Assembly: GCA_030018415.1 (NCBI GenBank)
Contig: JASEGC010000004.1
Span: forward strand, 10,470 to 74,469
Length of the DNA: 64,000 nt
Direction: 5' to 3'
Source: Candidatus Aenigmatarchaeota archaeon
GTDB taxonomy: Archaea > Aenigmatarchaeota > Aenigmatarchaeia > CG10238-14
Part shown: in pieces, positions 26,736 to 35,106 of the stretch
Position numbering within the stretch: the first letter of the stretch is position 1
How the letters are laid out: every line of letters begins with the position of its first letter
The notes under the pieces: generated by a model
The model's input: only the letters and a program-made list of their open reading frames with translations
Database searches by the model: none
What the model was told of the DNA's origin: nothing
Program-made: the position numbers and the translations under genes

Positions 26736-27625
26736 ATGATGATTTGATATCTCCAGGACACAGGACGTGTGCAGGCTGTGGTTCCATCCTTGCAGCCAGA
26801 CATATGTTAAAAGCAACTGGGAGGGATGTCATCATATGTGAATCAACAGGATGTCTTGAGGTAACATCCACTCAATACCCGTTGACGTCGTGGAAAGTCC
26901 CATGGATTCATGTTCTGTTTGAGAACGCTGTCTCTGTTGCCGTTGGTGTGAAGGCAGCGCTATGGGCACAAGGGAATGAACACACACAAGTGATCGCGTT
27001 TGGCGGTGACGGTGGAATTGTAGACATTGGTTTTGGGGCAGTAAGCGGAGCTTTGGAGAGGAATGATGATATCATGATAATAACTTACGATAACGAGGCT
27101 TATGCCAACACTGGGATACAGAGGTCTGGTGCAACACCGTTTGGAGCAAGTACAGGCACATCTCCTCATGGTAAAGTGTCTATCGGTAAAAAAGTATGGA
27201 AGAAGAATGTGCCGATGATCGCTGTGGCGCATGGTGCTGGGTATGTTGCTTCTGCGAGCATTGCCTATCCTAAAGATTTGCAGGATAAAATCAAGAAAGC
27301 TATGTCGATAAAAGGAACAAGATACATTCACATCCATACTCCTTGTCCTGTGGGATGGGGGTTTGATTCTTCCAAAACCATAGAGATTGCTAGGTTGGCT
27401 GTTCAAACTGGAATGTGGATTCTTTTTGAGATAGAAGATGGGAAATTCAAGAAAATGTTTAGACCGACAGAATTGATGCCTGTTGAGAATTATTTGAGGA
27501 TGCAGAAGAGGTTTGAACACCTGAAAGAAGAAGAGATAAAGATCATTCAAGACCATATCAACCAGACTTGGAAGGAATTGGATAATCTGGAGAAGAGTGG
27601 GGTTAATTTAAGGACTATACTGTAG
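26732..27625 (+). CDS. porB: Pyruvate/2-oxoacid:ferredoxin oxidoreductase beta subunit (TPP-binding)
   Basis: The Cys motif is CAGCG...C and the TPP motif is GGDGGIVDIG...YDNEAYANTG. ATG 26732 overlaps the porA stop (ATGA). Confidence 0.9.
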   Translation: MNDDLISPGHRTCAGCGSILAARHMLKATGRDVIICESTGCLEVTSTQYPLTSWKVPWIHVLFENAVSVAVGVKAALWAQGNEHTQVIAFGGDGGIVDIGFGAVSGALERNDDIMIITYDNEAYANTGIQRSGATPFGASTGTSPHGKVSIGKKVWKKNVPMIAVAHGAGYVASASIAYPKDLQDKIKKAMSIKGTRYIHIHTPCPVGWGFDSSKTIEIARLAVQTGMWILFEIEDGKFKKMFRPTELMPVENYLRMQKRFEHLKEEEIKIIQDHINQTWKELDNLEKSGVNLRTIL

Positions 27626-27823
27626 ATATAAAGTTCTTATCTGTTTGATCAGCTTCAATTTTAATCTATCTCGAATTTTTCTGCTCGGATAAAAATGTAT
27701 CCTTTCACATCTTCGATTTTACTGGGATAACTTTTAACAGTTAAAGATAAAAATGCTTGTGTAAATTATTAACAGAGGTGACGCAAATTTAACGCTGAAT
27801 CTTTAGTCAAGCTGAGAAAACTC

Positions 27824-28993
27824 TTGAAGACTCTAGAGACTTTCAGGGGAAGACATACTGAATTAATTTCTCTCTATATCCCATCTGGTCACAACATTCA
27901 AGAAATCATGAACATGCTAAAACAAGAGTATGCTTTAACTCAGAACGTTAAATCCAGAACAACAAGACATAATGTTTTAAACGCATTGGAGAAAACGATG
28001 AATCACTTAAGATTGTTCAAGAAAACACCACCAAACGGCTTAGTCATATTCTGCGGTAATGTTTCAAAAACAGAAGGACAGCCTGAAATCAAACTATGGT
28101 CTGTAGAACCACCTCAACCACTAGCTCAGAAGATTTACTGGTGTGACCAGAATTTTGTCTTAGACCCTTTGAAAGACATGATCAGGGAAAGGGAAGTTTA
28201 TGGCCTAATCGTCATTGATACTAGTGGTTCTGACATTGGACTGTTAAAAGGTAAAAAAGTGATTCTAGAAAAGCATATAGACTCTTTAGTGCCAGGAAAA
28301 ACGAGTAAAGGGGGTTGGAGTCAACAACGTTATCAGAGGATCAGAGAAGAAGCCAAGAATGAGCATTTGAAGAAGACTGGAGAGGTCGCATCAAAAATTT
28401 TCAGCGAAGAAAAAGATTTAAAAGGTGTGATAATCGGAGGCCCAGGTCCTCTGAAAGAGAGGTTCAAAGAAGGTGAATACTTGGATTATCGATTACAGAA
28501 TAAAGTTTTGGGCGTCGTTGACACCAGCTACACTAGCATACAAGGACTACAAGAAATTATTCAAAGAGGGGAATCTTTGATTCAAGAGGCATCTGCAACC
28601 AAAGAAAGACACATAATGGAGGAATTCTTCGAGCATCTGAAGAAAGATGATGGCTTATCTGTTTATGGTTTAGAGGAAGTCGAGCATGCATTAGATTATG
28701 GAGCAGTCAAGACTCTATTGATTTCAGAAGGGTTCAATTGGACCAGAGCAAAGCTGACTTGCTCATGCGGATACAGCGTTGAGAAGGATGTCAACCTTGA
28801 CAGGGTAGAAAAATGTCCTAAGTGCGGAAAAGAGATGACGATAGAAGAGGAGAAAGATTTGATTGAAATGCTATCCGAAAGGGCAAAGAGTTTGGGATCA
28901 GAAGTTGAGATAATCTCGATAGACAGCAGAGAAGGTGAACAGTTCAAAGAGATTGGTGGGATTGGAGCGATTTTAAGGTATAAAATTGTCTAA
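27824..28993 (+). CDS. prf1: Peptide chain release factor aRF1
   Basis: Motifs TELISLYIP, NIKS-like region TQNVKSRTT, and GGQS-loop equivalent KGGWSQQRYQR. A C-terminal Cys4 insertion (CSCG...CPKCG) is also present. Similarity seems to extend a few codons upstream of the first usable start (TTG 27824). Confidence 0.9.
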   Translation: MKTLETFRGRHTELISLYIPSGHNIQEIMNMLKQEYALTQNVKSRTTRHNVLNALEKTMNHLRLFKKTPPNGLVIFCGNVSKTEGQPEIKLWSVEPPQPLAQKIYWCDQNFVLDPLKDMIREREVYGLIVIDTSGSDIGLLKGKKVILEKHIDSLVPGKTSKGGWSQQRYQRIREEAKNEHLKKTGEVASKIFSEEKDLKGVIIGGPGPLKERFKEGEYLDYRLQNKVLGVVDTSYTSIQGLQEIIQRGESLIQEASATKERHIMEEFFEHLKKDDGLSVYGLEEVEHALDYGAVKTLLISEGFNWTRAKLTCSCGYSVEKDVNLDRVEKCPKCGKEMTIEEEKDLIEMLSERAKSLGSEVEIISIDSREGEQFKEIGGIGAILRYKIV

Positions 28994-29097
28994 GGTTCGA
29001 TTTTCTATCAAAACGAAAAGAATCGATTTAAACATCGCTAAAAAGTCTATCAGAAACGCATTTATCTTTAAGCTTTCTTTTTCTTATCAGTGATAGA

Positions 29098-29883
29098 TTG
29101 AAAGTCAGAGAAATTCTTGTCCACAAACCTGGAAATGAGATAAATGTAGTAGAGTATAAACCCAGCAAATGGGGATTTATCGATTTTCCAAGGTTGATTA
29201 TCATGCAGAGAGAGCATGACGAACTCGTGAAAACCCTCCAGGATGAGGGCGTTAAAGTGCATTATTTGAGGAGAATAACTCAAAACAAACCAAGACTTTA
29301 CATCCTCAGAGACACTGCGGTAGTTTTAGACGGTAAAGCTGTCTCATGCCATTTGTCTCAGTCTATCAGAAGAGGAGAAGAACAGATGGTTAAGATAAGG
29401 CTTAAAGAACTCGGAGTAAAAATACTCGGTCACATCTTCGCTCCTGGGTTCTTGGAAGGAAGTGATTTGTTCTTCATCGATAAAAGTCATGCCTTCGCTA
29501 TCTTAGGGCCAAGGTCGAATGAAGAGGGAATAAAACATCTGGAAGAAATCCTTAAAATAGATGTGACACCGATAGAGATGGATATTTCTAGCACACAATT
29601 CAACACACTGAACGATATAGCCATCATCGATGAAGAATTAGCTTACGATCGATTGTACAATATCTTGAAGGAGAGAGAATATGATTTAATGATTGCTACG
29701 AAAAAACAAGTGAACGAGATGGGACTAAACTTCTTACAGATTGACGATAACAAGATAGTGAACGTTAGGTCAGACATAAACAGAAAATTAAAGATGATTG
29801 GATTCGATGTGATTGAAGTAGAGATAAGAGAATTGATGAAAGGAAATACTGGCATAAGAAATATGTGTTTGCCGTTCTACTGA
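29098..29883 (+). CDS. Guanidino-group-modifying enzyme superfamily protein (amidinotransferase/DDAH/arginine deiminase-like)
   Basis: Pattern REHDELVKTLQDEGVKVHYL, LRDTAVV, EGSDLFF and a C-terminal catalytic-Cys context GIRNMCLP. The substrate cannot be assigned. Confidence 0.6.
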   Translation: MKVREILVHKPGNEINVVEYKPSKWGFIDFPRLIIMQREHDELVKTLQDEGVKVHYLRRITQNKPRLYILRDTAVVLDGKAVSCHLSQSIRRGEEQMVKIRLKELGVKILGHIFAPGFLEGSDLFFIDKSHAFAILGPRSNEEGIKHLEEILKIDVTPIEMDISSTQFNTLNDIAIIDEELAYDRLYNILKEREYDLMIATKKQVNEMGLNFLQIDDNKIVNVRSDINRKLKMIGFDVIEVEIRELMKGNTGIRNMCLPFY

Positions 29884-29950
29884 TTTTTGATTAAAAAATT
29901 ATACAAATTCTTTTAAATCTAAATATGGATAATTTGTCCAGGTTCTAAAA

Positions 29951-30889
29951 ATGCAAAAATTAGTTTTTAAAAACAAGGATCCTTTTGAGCCAGAAGTAAA
30001 GTTTGAAGATTTTGTTTCTGAAGAGAAAAATCCTCTGAGAGAAGCCTTATCAAAACTTTTTGGATCGCTTGTAATGACAGAACTGGAACAAGAAGAAAGA
30101 GGAATGGAAATAGAAATAGATGAAGAGAAGAAAATGATAAAGTTCAAAGTCGAGAAAAGAAAGAGGAAGAGGAGGCTTGAAAAAATAGGAAACACATACA
30201 AACTTCGGAAAGAATTAGAGAGGGATGTTCTTACACTCGTTTATAATCTACCAATCCAAGAAACAGCACGACCATTCGAGAAGCCTGAAATCATAGATAG
30301 ACAAAAAATGCATGCTAAGCTTTTTTCGGCAGGAGCAATTCAATCCAAGCAAATTGTTGATGATATCCATGTTAAAGAAGAATCCACTCCGCAGATCAAA
30401 TCCATCGAAATACCACAAGAATTTGATGTTTACAAGGAAACATACGACAAGAAGTTCAACACGTTAAAGAACGATGGGGGTTACGACATGAAAATTTCAT
30501 ACGAGGAAATGGGAGAATCCGTACATTATGAAAACCCACAAAAATTCTTTGAAAGTGAATTAACCTGGGTTCAATTGCCTGAAGCTCAAGAAAGCAGACA
30601 ATTAACAGTTTATAGGATAATTGCGTTGCAAGGCGCGAGAACTGGCGAGACTGTTCTCGATCTTTTATGGAGATCAGGTTATAGGTTTAGTTTTAGCGTT
30701 GACAAGAGGTATGGAGTACTTATCACATCAATAGATGGTATACCAAACGGCTATAACGGAGCTAATTGGGAGTTTTACGTGAACGGAAAATTAGCAAATG
30801 TTGGAGTGAGTAATTATGTTCTTAAAGATGGAGATGTAGTAACATTCAGATTAATGAAAGGAGGCCCTTGTTCTCAAGCATTGTCTTGA
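29951..30889 (+). CDS. Protein with an E/K-rich N-terminal half and a C-terminal DUF4430-like (transcobalamin-like) domain; no signal peptide
   Basis: The C-terminus is GVLITSIDGIPNGYNGANWEFYVNGKLANVGVSNYVLKDGDVVTFRL. Confidence 0.55.
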   Translation: MQKLVFKNKDPFEPEVKFEDFVSEEKNPLREALSKLFGSLVMTELEQEERGMEIEIDEEKKMIKFKVEKRKRKRRLEKIGNTYKLRKELERDVLTLVYNLPIQETARPFEKPEIIDRQKMHAKLFSAGAIQSKQIVDDIHVKEESTPQIKSIEIPQEFDVYKETYDKKFNTLKNDGGYDMKISYEEMGESVHYENPQKFFESELTWVQLPEAQESRQLTVYRIIALQGARTGETVLDLLWRSGYRFSFSVDKRYGVLITSIDGIPNGYNGANWEFYVNGKLANVGVSNYVLKDGDVVTFRLMKGGPCSQALS

Positions 30890-30908
30890 AGATCATGAAG
30901 ATAGTGGC

Positions 30909-30915
30909 TTTTTTT
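30909..30915 (+). terminator. T7 run downstream of the 29951..30889 gene
   Basis: ggcttttttt lies 20 nt after the stop codon. Confidence 0.4.
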
Positions 30916-31003
30916 CATGATGAGACATATGTCTCATATTGAATTCCAGAAACATTTACAGTAAAATTCTCGAGAATGTTATGTCATCTCAATGATCTGA
31001 TTT

Positions 31004-31585
31004 TTAAGTCAAAGATAAAGCAACTGCTATAGAAGCATCGTCTGACTTTTTTCTGTCAGACGCTGAACCGATTATTATCACATCCCCATCTTTTATCCTG
31101 AATTTTTCACGGAGAACTTGCTCTAAATCGCCTATATCCTTATTACATCCAGGAAAGATTAATCTTCCATTCTCGCAGATTAAAGTAGTTGCACCACTGG
31201 CTCCTATTTTTATGGCCTCATCCCTCTGTTCTACTCCGAATTTGATTTTTTTCGAAGAATTTTTGACTAGGATGGCAGTGCTGTATTTTCCCACAGAATA
31301 TTCGTTAGCAGTTATTTCTATCGGCCTTGAAATTTTTTCAAGAATTTTTTTCACCAACGCATTTCCTCTTTTTGTCAATAAATTACCTTTTGTTGAACTC
31401 TTTATCAGTCTGCTATCTTTTAAACGTTTTATGAGCGTTTTGGTCGTGGCCTCTCCTAGCCCCAACTCTTTCATCAGTCTAAGCCTGCCCATGGGTTTTT
31501 CAGGGAGTAAAAAAAGAATCTTAACTATATCAACAGAGGAATAAGAAGCTCTTACATCTATCAAACCTTTGAATATGTTAATCAT
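31004..31585 (-). CDS. Winged-HTH transcription regulator with C-terminal ligand-type domain (DUF4443-like, tentative)
   Basis: The N-terminus PMGRLRLMKELGLGEATTKTLIKRLKDSRLI is a wHTH. The C-terminal domain is ~110 aa. Confidence 0.55.
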   Translation of the reverse strand: MINIFKGLIDVRASYSSVDIVKILFLLPEKPMGRLRLMKELGLGEATTKTLIKRLKDSRLIKSSTKGNLLTKRGNALVKKILEKISRPIEITANEYSVGKYSTAILVKNSSKKIKFGVEQRDEAIKIGASGATTLICENGRLIFPGCNKDIGDLEQVLREKFRIKDGDVIIIGSASDRKKSDDASIAVALSLT

Positions 31586-31647
31586 GTATATTCTATGATC
31601 AAAAGACTTAAAAAATTAAAACTGGATAATTTATCCATGATTATATC

Positions 31648-32364
31648 ATGGAACAAGAATTAAAACAAAAGAGTGAACAGAAAACTTTGCTTTTATCTAC
31701 CCAAAGGACGATGTATTCTCTGAAAAGAAAATTGTTGTTAATCATGGCTTTAACTTCTTTAGGAATCTTAGGAAGGGCTGCATTCCAATTTATACCGAGT
31801 GTTGAACCTCTGACACCTTTGACGATATTAACTGGCTTTTTACTTGGCCCGATTTCTGGTTTCATTTCTGGTGTGGTTGGTTTTTATTTGTCTAATTTCC
31901 TTGTTTGGGGTCTTCAAGGCCCCTGGACTATATTTCAATGCCTAGGCGCGGGTTTAGCAGGTTTCATCGGTGGTTTAATCGGAAAATCGGGAAAGAAATC
32001 TAGAATAAAATTTTTGATATCGACGTTCATCGGGATAATCGTTTATGAAATAATCGTGACAGTCGGGATGGGAGCAATTTTTGCATTTCCTTTCCTGCTG
32101 TTTTACATAATAACCAGCATTCCATTCTCTTTTGTACACTTGACTAGCAGCTTGGGATTCTCTATTTCATTCTATGAGTTCAAAGAGCAGATAAAAAAAC
32201 TGAGGGGGGGTTTGATTGAAAAAGAGATACTTGGTCTCAGGACTGTTGATAGTGGTATTGGCAAGCCTGGCAATAAACTTGTACCTTACCTTTACTTCAG
32301 AAAGATATCCAGAAAAGATAAGGGTAGAAGCAAGGATAGATTTTGGTACTTCAGAAAAGAATAA
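31648..32364 (+). CDS. Polytopic membrane protein (ECF S-component-like, tentative); 3' end probably wrong
   Basis: About 5-6 TM segments. The last ~50 codons overlap the next gene out of frame and follow a G7 run (32204-32210). A +1 or -1 change there gives a stop by ~32218. Confidence 0.5.
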   Translation: MEQELKQKSEQKTLLLSTQRTMYSLKRKLLLIMALTSLGILGRAAFQFIPSVEPLTPLTILTGFLLGPISGFISGVVGFYLSNFLVWGLQGPWTIFQCLGAGLAGFIGGLIGKSGKKSRIKFLISTFIGIIVYEIIVTVGMGAIFAFPFLLFYIITSIPFSFVHLTSSLGFSISFYEFKEQIKKLRGGLIEKEILGLRTVDSGIGKPGNKLVPYLYFRKISRKDKGRSKDRFWYFRKE

Positions 32365-32623
32365 AAGAGTAGAAGTTCAGAATGGTACAACAGTATTCGA
32401 AGTTTTGAAGAGTATTGCAACTGTAGAATATAAAGAATATGCTGGTATGGGTAAATTTGTGACATCGATAGATGGTGTCGCTCAGAACTCAACGCATTCA
32501 TGGATGTATTATGTGAATGATGAGTATGCACAAGTTGCTTGCGATAAATATGCTTTGACGGAAGATGCTTCCTTTACTTTCAAGTATATGTCGAATGAAG
32601 AAGCTATGGGATATGTAAGTTAA
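32216..32623 (+). CDS. Membrane-anchored DUF4430-like (transcobalamin-like) domain protein
   Basis: N-terminal anchor LVSGLLIVVLASLAINLYL, then GKFVTSIDGVAQNSTHSWMYYVNDEYA...LTEDASFTFKY. The TTG start is preceded by GAGGGGGGG. Confidence 0.6.
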   Translation: MKKRYLVSGLLIVVLASLAINLYLTFTSERYPEKIRVEARIDFGTSEKNKRVEVQNGTTVFEVLKSIATVEYKEYAGMGKFVTSIDGVAQNSTHSWMYYVNDEYAQVACDKYALTEDASFTFKYMSNEEAMGYVS

Positions 32624-32669
32624 TTAGATAGATTTTTGTTCCAGGAAGAGAAAATAATTTTTAGAGAGA

Positions 32670-33026
32670 ATGCCCTACTATTTCACTGAGGGAGAAGGCA
32701 ATAACGTTGCTGTTGTCCTTATAGGAATGGTTGACATAATCGCTGGAATAATCATCTTCTTCAGTAGGAGTTGGCATCTTTCCTCAAACTCTGTTGTTGC
32801 ATTTCTAACATTCTTCTATTTCTGCTTGGGGGTCTGGTCCTTAGCTACTAATATGATCAGAAAAAACTTCTTCGACTGGAGAGGCGTAGTTGACATCATG
32901 AGTGCTGTTTGTTTACTCTTGATATTCTATGGAAGTGTATACGGGATATTTGGAGTATTGGGGATAATCATAGTCATAAAAGGAATACTGGGAATATTCT
33001 TGATGACGACAAAAGAATATCCTTGA
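32670..33026 (+). CDS. Small membrane protein (hypothetical)
   Basis: 118 aa with 4 hydrophobic segments. Confidence 0.4.
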   Translation: MPYYFTEGEGNNVAVVLIGMVDIIAGIIIFFSRSWHLSSNSVVAFLTFFYFCLGVWSLATNMIRKNFFDWRGVVDIMSAVCLLLIFYGSVYGIFGVLGIIIVIKGILGIFLMTTKEYP

Positions 33027-33087
33027 ATGTTGTAAACATTTATTAAAGGCAAAATTTAAAAAACAAGATTAAGGAGGGGTTAGAAGA

Positions 33088-33801
33088 ATGGTAAATTATG
33101 GAGAGGCTATAAGGAAACCTTTCACTGACCTTGCAAAGTTAGTGATTGGCATAGTATTGACTTTGATTCCAATCGTACACTGGATTGCAAAGGGTTTTAT
33201 ACTAGAGAGTTCTGGAATGGGTAAAACCAAGCCTTCCAAAACCATGCCTGAGTGGAAGAATTGGGGCAATCTCTTCGTCAAGGGACTATTATCAGACATA
33301 ATATTACTCATATACGCGATTCCAGCCATCGTTGTGTTCATAGTGGGAGCAGAGTTTAGGATAATGACTTTGATTAGTGGCTTCCTTAGTTCAATAATAA
33401 CGCCAGAACTGTTGGGTGAGATGAAAACTGGCGAAGTCTCATCTGAAGTGATAAGTCAAATAATCTCACAAAACTGGGCAATGGCTCTTCCAACACTGAT
33501 GACTCTAGCACCAGTCATTCTGTTAGCATTCATTCTGTTGATAATAGCATTCTATTTAACACCGATAGCTGTTCTAAACTACATTAAAACAAACGAATTC
33601 AGTGAAGCATTCAGGCTAAGCATAGTCTTGAAGAAAGCGTTGACAGGGAAGTATTTTGTGGTTTGGATAGTGACGATAATAATCACAGCGATTGCCGTGG
33701 CAATACTCGCGTTCATACCAGTCTTAGGTTTAGCGATAGCCATCTTTGTGAGCGGAGTGATAGCTTACAGTCTTTACGGTCAAATCTACAGGGAAACCTG
33801 A
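33088..33801 (+). CDS. Polytopic membrane protein (DUF4013-like, tentative)
   Basis: N-terminal YGEAIRKPFTDLAKLVIGIVLTLIPIVHWIAKGF followed by multiple TM helices. Confidence 0.45.
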   Translation: MVNYGEAIRKPFTDLAKLVIGIVLTLIPIVHWIAKGFILESSGMGKTKPSKTMPEWKNWGNLFVKGLLSDIILLIYAIPAIVVFIVGAEFRIMTLISGFLSSIITPELLGEMKTGEVSSEVISQIISQNWAMALPTLMTLAPVILLAFILLIIAFYLTPIAVLNYIKTNEFSEAFRLSIVLKKALTGKYFVVWIVTIIITAIAVAILAFIPVLGLAIAIFVSGVIAYSLYGQIYRET

Positions 33802-33813
33802 CCCTTTTCTTTT

Positions 33814-34299
33814 TTATTTAGGCTTATAAGTCGCATTCACTTGTTTAGTCTGGACTGAAATCTCAGAAAAGTCTTTATTCCAGTCTGTTTGAACTATAGT
33901 AACTTCTCCAGATTTTAGGGGATCTTTGGGTTTATTGGTTATGCTGGTAGTTTGATTGTCGATAAAAATTGTTGTGTTAGAGACTTCAAGCTTACCGGTG
34001 TTAGCGACTGCGATTAATAGATTGTTCTGTGAATCTCTGTTTACCTCTAAGATGTCAATGCTGTAGAATATGTCCTTTATAGCTATTATTACTTCCTGAG
34101 GAGTCGTAGGTATTTTTGGAAAAAATTTGCCTATGAATGGGATTTCTCTAAAATTTGGGATCGAGCCGAAGATTAAAAAAGATGCTATAACAATCAGGAC
34201 TATGAAGACTATTCCCATCAGAATGTTTTTCAATATCTTAAAACCGATGTAGATTGCTATTAGGAACAAGATTATTCCGATGATTATAGGGATTACCAT
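33814..34299 (-). CDS. Membrane-anchored protein with a small extracytoplasmic domain (hypothetical)
   Basis: Two N-terminal TM helices and a ~90-aa C-terminal soluble part with N-x-T sequons. Confidence 0.4.
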   Translation of the reverse strand: MVIPIIIGIILFLIAIYIGFKILKNILMGIVFIVLIVIASFLIFGSIPNFREIPFIGKFFPKIPTTPQEVIIAIKDIFYSIDILEVNRDSQNNLLIAVANTGKLEVSNTTIFIDNQTTSITNKPKDPLKSGEVTIVQTDWNKDFSEISVQTKQVNATYKPK

Positions 34300-34330
34300 G
34301 TTATAGTATTTGTTAAGTTAATTAAAATAT

Positions 34331-34537
34331 CTAAATAAGTCCTTTTCCAGAATTAATTACTATTACTTTGTCTTTACTATCTATACTTAACTCAGGTAAC
34401 ACTGCGAAAACCACAGAAGAACTTGGTTCACAAGAAATTACATGTCTAACTTTCTCATAAGCATCTTTAATTTGTTCTTCTGAAAGTTGAATATACCGAT
34501 GTCCTTGCCTTTCGTAAGTGTGCTTCTCAAATATCAC
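34331..34537 (-). CDS. Hypothetical protein
   Basis: 68-aa ORF only; no motif recognised. Confidence 0.25.
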   Translation of the reverse strand: MIFEKHTYERQGHRYIQLSEEQIKDAYEKVRHVISCEPSSSVVFAVLPELSIDSKDKVIVINSGKGLI

Positions 34538-34604
34538 GAATGAGAGATTTGGAAAGGTATACTTGTAAAACTTGACGAAATCTAACGCTATGTTAAATAT
34601 AAAT

Positions 34605-34640
34605 ACTAATCATCTATAAATTAGTGTTTAAATACACTAA
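34605..34640 (+). promoter_or_regulatory. Three ACTAA/TTAGT half-sites forming overlapping inverted repeats across the TTTAAATA box upstream of hsp20
   Basis: ACTAAT at 34605-10 pairs with ATTAGT at 34620-25, and TTAGTGT at 34621-27 pairs with ACACTAA at 34634-40. The spacer TTAAAT is TATA-like. The SD-like GGGGTGA lies at 34645-51 and the ATG at 34656. Confidence 0.4.
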
Positions 34641-34655
34641 AATTGGGGTGATGTT

Positions 34656-35105
34656 ATGGTTTTTGAAGATTGGGACCCGTGGGAAGAAGAAAGAAAATTG
34701 AGAGAATTCATCATAAGAATGATTAGGGATGCATGGAGTCCATTCAGAAGGCCGTGGAGAGAATTTAGAGAAGAGTTAAGATACGAGGGTTTTCCTATAG
34801 ATCTTAGCGATACTGATGGTGAGCTAGTATTATACGCAGATTTACCAGGTTTTGAAAAAGATGATGTCAGGATTCATGTAACAGAAGACACGATCGATAT
34901 AAGAGCAGAGAAAAGGAGGGAGAAGAGAGTCGAGACAAAAACTATGTACAGACAAGAGAGAGCTATGGGAACTCTTAGAAGGTTCATGAGTCTACCAGTT
35001 AAAGTCGATCCAGAAGGAGTGGATGCAGAATTTAAAGATGGAGTGTTAACTATAAGAATGAAGAAGAAAGAAGTTAAAAAAGGTAAAGAGGTAAAGATTA
35101 GATAG
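34656..35105 (+). CDS. hsp20: Small heat-shock protein (Hsp20/alpha-crystallin family)
   Basis: The alpha-crystallin domain reads ...LVLYADLPGFEKDDVRIHV...RFMSLPVKVDPEGVDAEFKDGVLTIRMKK. Confidence 0.9.
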   Translation: MVFEDWDPWEEERKLREFIIRMIRDAWSPFRRPWREFREELRYEGFPIDLSDTDGELVLYADLPGFEKDDVRIHVTEDTIDIRAEKRREKRVETKTMYRQERAMGTLRRFMSLPVKVDPEGVDAEFKDGVLTIRMKKKEVKKGKEVKIR

Positions 35106-35106
35106 A

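Noticed and set aside
26468-27556. Minus-strand ORFs (111 aa and 198 aa) inside porA/porB
   Set aside because: They are antisense to strongly conserved por coding sequence, and their composition is not protein-like (Cys/His/Arg/Ser-rich).
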